From: Chrysomallon squamiferum
Lineage: Eukaryota > Animalia > Mollusca
NCBI GenBank assembly: GCA_012295275.1
Contig: CM022670.1
Span: forward strand, 8,060,001 to 8,124,000
Direction: 5' to 3'
DNA: 64,000 nt
Position numbers and translations under genes: made by a program. The notes below the pieces were generated by a model, which saw only the letters and a program-made list of their open reading frames with translations, had not been told where the DNA came from and made no database searches. Of the stretch, positions 53,884 through 64,000 are shown in pieces (the stretch's first letter is position 1; each line of letters begins with the position of its first letter).

Positions 53884-55619
53884 GTAAGATACAGAGCCAA
53901 TTATAAACCACATAAAGCTGGAACTTATTCTTTTTATGCTAGTTTAATATTTAATTTAAAAATTTGGTAACTGTAATTTCTTGTTGACATGAATTAATAT
54001 AAAAAACTGAAAATTTTCCTTTTCAAGAATGAAAAGAAAGAAAAAAATGTTTTGGAAACTTTGATTTCTCTTAAAATCTTAAGAATCTCTAATCAGTCTC
54101 ATACCGTTATGATCAACAATCATTGCTCATAGTAAAAAAAAAAAATGTAACTTTTAATTTGAAAACATTTTAGAAATATTTAATATATGAGATGGTAGTA
54201 ACAGAAGTACTTGTTTTTGTAACAAGACTAGAATTTATTTATTATTTTCAAAAAATTCACAATTTTTACCCAGTTATCAGGAAAGTCGTACATAAAAAAA
54301 AAAAAAAAAAATGTTACTTTATTTTTAATGGTTAATGGAATAAATTATATAATTAAATATCGCAGATAAATATAAAATCCCAGTATATTAACACTGTTTA
54401 TGATTGCTGTTTGACAATGAAACAGATGGTAAAAAGAGATTTTATAATAAGTAGCTCTGGCTGGTTTAAACATTTAAAAGAAACACTGTGTTGTATAATA
54501 TTTGAATACAATGTGAACAAAGAACTTAAGAAAATTTCTAATTTAATTTCAAAATATTGTAAAAGAAGTGGACTATCATGATACTACTTTTTTTAAGAAT
54601 TCTTAAGAAGACTTTTCTTGCAACAGTGTAGAAAAATGTATCTGATTATAAAGATTCAGAAAACAGAATAACATTTTTAATTGCTGAGGGGAAAATGCTC
54701 AGTGAAAATATATTTTTTTTTTTTTTTAATGTTATATTAACAGTAGTAAAGAAAATAAAAATTAGCAATAATTTTGAAGAAAAAATATTGCAGGAATTAC
54801 ATTATTTTGTGTTTACATTCTTTTATTTAGTTAACACAGCTTCATTTATTACAACATTTTTGTTTGGATTTATTAATTATGTATTATTTTCTATTTAATT
54901 CTAAATTATTTCTAATGGTGAATCGGTTAAGAAAGAATAAAGAGTAAAACACTTTGTAAAAAAAAAAAAGTTGAAAAAAAAAAGATCTCTTTTAAAAATA
55001 AAGCAAAACTAATTTTAAGCATTTTTCATATTAAACTAGGTTTTTATTTGTGACAAGTTGTCAGTGATTTACTCCTTAGTTTAAATGAGCCCTGTCAGTG
55101 TATTTTGACAGTCTGCCACAGTTTGAGTGAGCACATTCATTTTGTTGAGACAAGGACATATTTGAAAGACATGATGTGATGGAATCATTTAGATCACTAT
55201 ACTGACATTTTTAAAGGCAATGTCTTTTTATAATAAAATTTAAATCTCATTTAAATGTGATAAATATATTATGCACTGCTGTTTACACAGTTTGGAATTT
55301 TTATATTTTACCATTTAATTTTATATTAATAATTTTCATACATTTCTGACAGTCAATTGCTGATCTGCCGTTTGTGCTGGGGTGTTGTTACACATTCACA
55401 TATTTCAAGAATAATGAGTAATTTTTTTTTAAAGTTTATTGACCTAGCATTTCTTGTAGTATGTAGTCATTTCACATCCAACAGCTCATGTGTTATTGAA
55501 TAAAGACCCATTTGATATTAAATTTTTAATGTTTAACATGAACTATGTCTCGTGCATGTGGGAATGTTATTTTATTTATTTAAAAAGTGCAGTACAGATC
55601 CTATATTTCGTTATTTCAG

Positions 55620-55755
55620 TGCTTGGATTCCAGAAGAAAGTATTTTACTGTATCCCTACAATCGTGAGAAATTCACTTCAAGCTCACGCATACCCAAGGG
55701 TTTCAAGGAGGCTTTGGAAGCCATAGAAGATGCTTACAAAGCATTGCCTGCTTCA
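55620..55755 (+). CDS. GLYR1: GLYR1-like exon 4 (AWIPEESILLYPYNREKF...YKALPAS)
   Basis: atttcag|t...tca|gtatgt; 136 nt, phase 2 to 0; completes the PWWP domain. Confidence 0.93.
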
Positions 55756-57670
55756 GTATGTACAATTATTTTATTTTGAAAATCAATTTTCACAGTGTGT
55801 AACCAAGCATGCTGCATGTTTTATATATGTGTGTTATTTGTGTATTCTGTGGTGAGTGCTTGAGGACATTTGGTATGGGCACAGTTTCAGTTATGATAGG
55901 AATAAGCTGGTGTTTGTGGTCAGAATCTTCAGACACTAGTAAGTTCTCGGTGACTGGTGTATTTGAAGATCTGAAAATGTCTTTCTAGGAAGATGCGTAT
56001 AAAAGATCATATATGTTAATAACTAAGGGTTGTTGGTTTTGATGTTATTGGTGCAAAATTAAATAATTAATATTAAAATATTATAAAATATATCATTTAT
56101 TAAGTTAGTTTGGATGTGAGAATAAGGATTTTCATAATTTTATATTTTGTAGTTCAGCTATAGCAAACAAAATTAAAACTTAGAAATTAAACATTCATAA
56201 AAAAAAAGAAAAAAAAGTTTACATTGAAAAATAAAGACAGATGGTCTTCAGAGTTGCAGTTTTTAAACCAGAGGTGAAACAAATTTATTCAACAAATTTA
56301 AAATTTTAATATGCATGCTTCAGTAACAATGATATTTGTTATTAAAGGAATCACTATACAGATAAGTGATTTTACATAAAACTGCACAAAAAGATAGTTT
56401 TATATATCTATTTATATAAATAAACACATACATATACACACCTTTTTGACATCCCATGAGTGGAATTATTCTTAATAGAATAAACATATTGGAAATATAT
56501 TTTAATTTAAGAAAAAAGGAAAAAAACAACAACATTTTTGTTGATATATTTATTACTGAGTGTTTAAAAATAAATATTAATAGAAACACTATACCATGTC
56601 TGTTTTGACAGATTTTAATGTACTGTAACTTCCCTGTAAAATGTTTTATTATGATTTTTTAATTTAAAAGAGTTACTAGTTCATAAATATTTTTGTATAC
56701 TGTATATTGATTTACAGTTTCACTGATTAAATATCTTCATAATTTATGCCAAATCTTGTATGATCCACCTGGAGTAATGACTCTTTACAGTAGATTATTT
56801 TAATAACTGATTTACACAGTTTACTTATTTGATGTAGAGTTGTAAATCTCTACTTCATTTAATGGCTTGAAAAATCAGTAATACAGCTTTGTTTATAAAC
56901 AAATACATTGAAATACCTGCCTGTATATAAATCTTATAATATATATTTTTTTAATTTAATAATGAAATAATAATAAAAAATCCCACTTTTATATATTATT
57001 ACTAAGGTTCATCATTTCTGTTTAGTTTTGTTATGAAAAAAAATTTCCAATGTACCTCTTTTCTTATAATTTGATATTTGCTGCATGAAAAGTTAACTCT
57101 GGGTACATGGGTGGTCATTTAAAATCATGTGCATTTAAGAAGTATATTCACTATCATAAATCAATTTCAAAAATTTAAATTTTGACAAATTAATTTATTC
57201 CATGTGATTTTAATCATTCAGATATGGTAATTCTACCAAATTACAAAGAGTTAAGTGTTTTTAGCTTTGTATATCAACCTAATTAAAATATAAATCTCAC
57301 AGTATGAATTTAAATCTTCTGTTTTAACTCAAAATATATTTTAATTTGTCATCCGTGTTTACAATAATAACTGATTTAATCTTAATATTATTAAATACTA
57401 CCAGAAACTCTTAAAGATGCAAGTCCCTATGGTTAATCTTGATTCCTACTTTTCTGCCTAACAAATTTAGACTCGTAGGAAACTTTTAAAGGAGTAAAGG
57501 TTTTATTCAATATGTAATGTTCTCATTTTGTCCAATAAGAACAAAACCATTAATATTGATATATTATGTACCATAAAGCTAACATATATCATTCATATTA
57601 TTCACACAATCTCAGCTGCACCAGATACAAGTTAAGCAGTATACTTTTCCATTTTTTTTTACTAAAATAG

Positions 57671-57705
<35 letters not shown>

Positions 57706-58429
57706 AATCAAACAAATCAAAACAATATTTGGAAACTTAAGGGGGAAAAACATTATGCAAATATTAATTAATTCTCCTACTCAGTGTAATGTTGTTATTG
57801 TTTACCAGCTGGTTGATGCAGTCACAACATGTTCTGATTAAATGTCTATTGATCAAGGGTGGTGCATAAAATTTCTTATTATGTAACATATAGAATGCTG
57901 TTCTAGTGGATACACTATAAATAATGGTTTGGTTATTAATGCTTTCTTTAATTTTTTAAATACGGATTTTATCTTAACGTGGCTTTTCAGCTTACAGAAA
58001 TTTTTATCTTTCTAACAGCCAAACATGAAAAAAAAGGTTGTTCCTCTATACAAGGGTTGCATTAATTCCTGCAGTAGAGTGATTGCTTTTATTAACATGA
58101 AAAAGCTTGCTTATTTGCATTTCCCCTCTTTTCAGTCAATCCTGTAGTATAATATATAAAAATATTATTCTTTTGATAAAAAGGTACATAGTCTGTCTGT
58201 CTCAAAAGGGTTGTGCTTCAGAGTAGTGTATAGAATTTCATTCTAATCTGAATTTTAATCAAAATCAAATGTGATATGGAATCATTTTGTATTTCAATTC
58301 CTTCCCTGTCCTTTCACCAGAGCAAAATATTTGTTTTTGGGTTTTATGTCCCGGTAGCCTTTCTGCACTTAAGAAGAAAGATCATAAACAGCAGAACAGA
58401 TCTTGAGTTTCCATGTTTTCCGTTTTCAG

Positions 58430-58516
58430 CAAATTCCCAAAGAACTGCCATCAATTGATGAGGAAATTGCACAGATTTTTCCCAACAGGTCTGATTCTCC
58501 CAGAGAGGGAAAGAAG
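58430..58516 (+). CDS. GLYR1: GLYR1-like exon 5 (QIPKELPSIDEEIAQIFPNRSDSPREGKK)
   Basis: ttttcag|caa...aag|gtaagt; 87 nt, phase 0-0. Confidence 0.85.
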
Positions 58517-59910
58517 GTAAGTTTACCTGTCTGTCCATTTACCCTGGGCTGGACATTTGCATGGCCATACTGTACTGTCTGTTTACGGCTTTCTGTGCAG
58601 ATAAGGACCCTTGCAATAAAGAACAGACACTAAAGATTTAATGAAAATTTAAAAAGACCCAAACCTGTTTAGTAGAATTGTTTACTTCAGTATGTTTAAT
58701 GGATATAGGAAATTCTCGTTGAAGAAAATATTTTCTTGATAATAACTCAAGTGAGCATCATAATATATGTAATCAGAAATTCTCAGTGTAAACATTTTGT
58801 ATTTTGCATGGATTAAAAAAAAACTTAATGTTATTACCCAACCATTCCTTGATTTCTTCTTCTTTAAATAGTTCTGCAAGTATTTCCAAAACAACCCTCA
58901 ATTTTATGAAAATATGTAAACACAGGGAAATTTATTTTAAAATGATATCCATTTAAATTGAAAATTATGAACAAAAGAAAGTTTTTAAACATAAACGTTT
59001 GTTAGGTATATTACATTTTTTTACCAAAACTTGAATTAATACATCGACATATGAATGTTTCAATCCCATGCTTTTAATTAAATGTTTGTAGCTTTGAGCT
59101 TCCTGCAGTTGTTTCATTCATTATTAGCATGTACTAAAATGACATTTATGAATGCTAACTGTGCATGAAATGAACAATTAAACTCAAATAAATTGTGATG
59201 ATAATTTAAAAATAAAATAAAATCGGAATAAATTTAAATATATATATATGCACTGTAATTATATAAATGTACTAAGAATTAAAATTTTCATTTAATTTAT
59301 CTGCCCTTTATGAACAAACAGTTTACCTAAATTGATGGTTGAAGTGTTTCTGTTATAAAACTTGTTAACTACCTGAGTATATTCCCTTTGTTATTACTCA
59401 AATGTGGCTTACATCAGCACAAAATAAACTGGTATCCGTGTTTCTGATATCATGGGCTAAAATGTGCTGACTGGTCCTTGCATTAAAATCATTTATTTAT
59501 AATTATCTACTCAAATCATATATTTCTTCTTATTATTATTTTTAAATTTTTACCAAAAGATTTTTTCAGTGAAAGGTGTTTTGTATGTATGTAGAAATAA
59601 ATCCAACTGACCAATAAATAATAAAAAAATTAATATGTGTAAATGATGTAATCTGCACTCACCTCTAAATGTGTAGAGACTGCTGATTAATGTTAATTAG
59701 GATCAGGATATTTATTTAAATCTTGTATTTTGTATATGCAGTTGAGTATTGGTTTGTTGTGGTGGAGTTGCTTCCAGTACAGTTGCTTCTGTTTTGTTAA
59801 TACATGTCTACTAAATTCATAAAATCATCATTTCTGTCATTTTGCTGCATGGCACTTGGTGTGCTTTTTTGTGTTTTATTTTCACCCTCTTTTCTTGCTT
59901 TGCTCTATAG

Positions 59911-60057
59911 CTAAAGAAAAACAGGCGCAACTCTCAAGCAACAAATATCAAGAAAGGTATAGACTTAAAACGAAATTCAGCTTTGCAGAAAAATGGAACA
60001 TCAAGATCACGATCTTTAGGACGTATTAGAAATAAAGATAAATTGAAAAATAATGAG
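59911..60057 (+). CDS. GLYR1: GLYR1-like exon 6, basic linker (LKKNRRNSQATNIKKG...KDKLKNNE)
   Basis: Long pyrimidine tract plus ctatag|cta...gag|gtgaga; 147 nt open, phase 0-0. Confidence 0.78.
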
Positions 60058-60227
60058 GTGAGACAGAGGGAGAGAGAGAGAACAAAAAAAAAAAGTTAAA
60101 ACTAACATGCACAAAAACAACTGAGTTGGTTCAGCTGTTAAGCAGATCCAAACATTTGTATGAGTTTTAAAAAAGTCAGGTAACAAATTCTGTTTTAGGT
60201 CTTGCGTTCATCTCATTACAAGTCATT

Positions 60228-60420
60228 CAGGGGCAGATTCAGGAGTTGGGGGCACTAGGTTCTGAAACATTCTGCCCATGCAGGCTTTTTTATGTTGTTA
60301 TTTTCATGTCGATAGATATTTGTGAAAAATAAATAACAGCAGATTCTATTACCTGGCCCTTTGTACAGGTTTTTTTTTTTTTTTTCTAAATTTATAAAGA
60401 ACATCCTGGATCAGCCTCTG
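60228..60420. mobile_element. MITE-like element with 17-bp terminal inverted repeats
   Basis: Left caggggcagattcagga versus reverse complement of right end cagaggctgatccagga (14/17). 193 bp, non-coding; no clear TSD. Confidence 0.6.
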
Positions 60421-62165
60421 TTACTGTATATAAATTCTTTATGCTATGTATACTGTATCTATTTTTTCATTTGATAATTATTTTCACTTGTTATATAACT
60501 GCATGTTTCTTTTGGTCATTTGTATGCTGTTCTGTATTATTTATATAACCTGTTGTTTTCATGATCCATGCATTCCCAGCTGTCCTTAAAAAATTGATTT
60601 GGGAATTTTGAAATCGTTTCATTTTATTTTTCATTTATTTTACTTACTTATTTATTTATTTATTTATTTTATTTTATTTATTTATTATTATTTTTTTTTT
60701 TTGTTGTTGTTGTTGTTGTTGTTATTTTGTTAATATATTGTTATTTTTTTTTAATTTTTTTTTTCAAAGTAATGGAAAACAGGAATATATTCATTCAATT
60801 AGACAGTTGTGAAATAGGACTATTTCAACAAAGAAAATGTTTAAAAATTTGGTGAACAAAGAATTATTTGCAGTGTCGTTTTTAAAATTATATTATACTT
60901 TTTGTCATCGATAATAATAAGCAACATATACAAGCTTTTTTTGAAATAATGAACATAAAAATTATGTCACAGTTAGGATGATGTCATAAATAGGATATGA
61001 AAGAAGTAAAACTGTCTTCCAGAACTGAAGATCTGAGAAACTACATTCAGTTTTCATTAAAATAAGATGCATCAACTTTGTACATATTTCACATAGTTCA
61101 AGATAAATGTCAAAATTTAAAGCCAGTTTTTAAGGAGTATCAGTTGTGTATGGAATTTTAACATGACATTTTCTCAAAATAAAACTTAATACAGTAACAT
61201 GTAGTAAGATTTAATTTTGATCCCATTTAAATGAAAAGACAGTACAGTAAAGATATGTAAAAATAAAAGTTTAAGACATGATTTGTAATGGTTGTGGGAA
61301 GAATGAAGCATATATTGACACAAAATTAAACAACAATACTTGGACCATTTATTATAATTTTTTGTTTTTATTCTTTTGTTGTTGTTGTTTAGAATTTCTA
61401 ACAATTAGAAGATACATAATTTCAGTATGTTTATTTGCTAGAAAATTGAAATGCGCATATATTACATATGGGAAAATAAAGTTAAATGTGATATTGAGTT
61501 TTATAAAGATAATTTCTTTAGTCACGTCTGAAGAGCAGGTTCATGGGAGATAATTTTGCCATCATGTAATGATGTAACTAATCATCTAATAATGTGAATG
61601 GGTGTAGGTTTGAAATTTTTAAAAGTAAAAATTGTGCATTCATTAAAGTCTTGTTTATCTGTTCTTCAGATACAATATATTTATCATTTTTTTAAATAGG
61701 TAAATAATAGTATATTTTTTTAAATGTAGTATTTTATAAAGTAAAATGAATAAATATACTTACATAATTGTAAGAAGTTTTGAAGAAAAACTATAGGTTA
61801 ATATTTTTATGTTTTTTGATTATTTGCTGTATGTTAATTATAGAAATTATAATAAAGTATATTCTGATTTAATGTCTTTAAAAAAAATAAAAAAAATAAT
61901 ACCACATAGAGTAACATTATATTTTGAAAAAGAAGATCTTTCGATATAAATGAATCTTCAAATACAAATTTTTATATCATTATTTGGCCATTTCATGTAA
62001 AGTTAAAATTCTGTGGACCTATAGATAAAACAAGTCATTAGTTGAAAATCATTTTCATTTAACGACTTATGCACTTCAGAATTGAGATTAGATGGAGTTT
62101 AATTTAAATATATATTATGAAAGTGTCTTCATTATTTTATGATGTTTTTGTATTTTTATTTGCAG

Positions 62166-62207
62166 AGTACATCAAAGATTTTCAAAAACAAGGATTCACT
62201 CAAAAAG
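62166..62207 (+). CDS. GLYR1: GLYR1-like exon 7 (STSKIFKNKDSLKK)
   Basis: tttgcag|agt...aag|gtttgt; 42 nt, phase 0-0. Confidence 0.7.
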
Positions 62208-63089
62208 GTTTGTCATTAACTTCATGTATCTACATACTTTTTAAATTTTAGTTTATCTGCTGTATTTTTCTGCAACAAGACTTAATAGGTAAATAAACTG
62301 TTATAGGTTTACTGAGTATCTTTCTAATTATACAGGAGTTTATGTAATTTTTCAGGGAAGGTTTTTGTTGCAAATGATACTTCAGAGCTTTCTTTCTTTT
62401 TTTTTAAATGTAATATCTCGATTATTATTTCAACATCATGTTACAATTTTTGTAAATTTAGAACATATATGAACTTAATTTTTAAACCACAATCAAATTT
62501 GTGATTTGTGTGTTTATTATTTTTATATATTTATTTATTTATTTATAAATTGCAATTTGTGTTATTTAGAAACAGTTTATAGAAAATCCAATATGTTTTT
62601 TTCAGAGTTACAAAAATAAAGTATCTGAATGTTTCCCTAATGTTAAGAATACAGACTTAACTCATTGTTGGTTACCTGATCAATCTTCCTTAGTGGTACC
62701 TATGTGACTACTTTCTAATACAAACTTTGACTAATCTATTAAAGGGAGTAATGTGTATTACCCTGTATGTAATTTTAAAAATGCCTTGATATAAATAGAC
62801 TACTAAGTAATGCAATAGATTTCCTGTTGACATATAATGCAGAAAAAACACACAAAAAACTCTAATAAATGTTGACACCTAATTACTCATTTATGGATTT
62901 TCTTTTAGAAGAAGCATATTTTTTTGTATTAGTAATATAACAAAAATTTGCATTTTATAAAAAAAAAAAATACATGCTGGTAATACACCTGTTGCAGTTA
63001 TTTATATCTCATATTAAATCACATTAAGAAAATCTTGTGTAGTCTTTTACATGTACAGTTCCACATAAAACTAATGAATTCTCAGCATT

Positions 63090-63455
63090 ATTGTGTCATC
63101 TTTTCCTTTCATCCTTAGACATCATCCTTCTTATACAGTCTGTCTTGCATTCACATAAACCTTTAACAATACGTAATTCACCAGCAATGTGGTCTTCATC
63201 CTTCTTTCTTATGCAATCTGTCTCTCCACCACCTTTCTGATTTCTCTGTTTATTCTCTACAAATCAGTATGGAACTGTTGACAGCTTTCTGACTTGGCTG
63301 GTTATTAGATGATCATGGTATTTGAGTGCTGTGCTCGCACTGTTCAACAAATGATTTAGCTGTTATCTTATGTCAATGTACTACTGAACAATTCATGAAA
63401 TAGGAAGTAATTTCAAAATATCTCTCACAATGATGATGTCATCTTCAAACATCCA
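63090..63455 (-). mobile_element. Possible highly decayed RTE-like LINE fragment
   Basis: The minus strand reads MFEDDIII (resembling RT MFADD), later RKKDEDHIA and DCIR, reminiscent of RTE C-termini. Many stops and frameshifts. Confidence 0.3.
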
Positions 63456-64000
63456 TTAAAAAGATCTGTTTTCACATGGTTTATTTTGCCACTGAATTAA
63501 TATTGCTCTTTGGTAAAAAATTTAATTCTTAATTTTATGGTAATATATTTTAAGTAAATGTTTCAAAATATAAATACTTAAGGGAAAAAGTAACATTGTG
63601 ATATAATGTTTCATACAGTTTCACATTTTCCAAAATTAGAGAAAGTAAACATTAATACATATTCATTCAATACTTTAGTCATGGTTCACCCCATCACATG
63701 CATTTTCTGCAGGGTGCACAATTTTGTGTTTTGCCTATTATGGGGGCCACATGATGCTCACATACATTGTTTTTGAAAATGAAAAATTTACAATGGTTTC
63801 TATAACCATTTGCAACTCTGAAAAAACACATCTGTTTAAAAGAATTCAAAGATTATGTCATGCTACATCTTTTCTAAAACTGTCTTCATACAGTTGGTAT
63901 ATTGCATAATGAAGTTGCCTGCCATTTTGGCATACACCAAAACTCAAACTCTTTTATTTGTATTGTTTAGTACTTGCTAACATTTTATTTATTTATTTAT

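Larger units (their letters stand above)
52449..62207 (+). other. GLYR1: Gene span (partial, continues past right edge): GLYR1/NP60/N-PAC/NDF-like PWWP protein
   Basis: Spliced product MATKLKVGDLVWAKMKGFPAWPGKIIEAKADVKRPSSKKLHHFVFFFGSENYAWIPEESILLYPYNREKFTSSSRIPKGFKEALEAIEDAYK. This is an N-terminal PWWP with WPGKI, FFGxExxAWI and a terminal helix as in GLYR1 (HDGF-type has WPARI and ETAFL). The dehydrogenase-like domain is not in the window, so the assignment rests on the PWWP subtype. Confidence 0.82.

Noticed and set aside
52449-55755. HDGF/LEDGF-family assignment for the PWWP gene
   Set aside because: It has WPGKI and NYAWI rather than the HDGF-type HWPARI and ETAFL signature.
63430-63495. 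ATGATGA...CTGA in a GLYR1 intron as a C/D snoRNA
   Set aside because: No convincing terminal stem or recognisable rRNA guide; overlaps the suspected LINE relic.

Overview
Very AT-rich, microsatellite-dense animal genomic DNA. The decayed SINE family resembles one I recall from gastropod genomes, but the organism is not established. The window holds two intron-rich genes arranged head-to-head. On the minus strand is the 5' half of an AF4/FMR2-family (AFF/lilliputian) super-elongation-complex scaffold gene: ATG at 48390, coding exons down to about 3781, continuing off the left edge. On the plus strand is the 5' part of a GLYR1/NP60/NDF-like PWWP gene: ATG at 52449, seven exons to 62207, continuing off the right edge. 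Nearly all other ORFs in the track are microsatellite or AT-rich artefacts. Introns contain decayed tRNA-headed SINE copies, a MITE, a possible LINE relic, degenerate minisatellites and a perfect 66-bp duplication. I found no prokaryotic-type system (CRISPR etc.) and no convincing new system. The best leads concern AFF splicing and regulation: a phase conflict needing a micro-exon, a recursive-splice-like exon, an apparently missing SIAH degron and a start-stop uORF.
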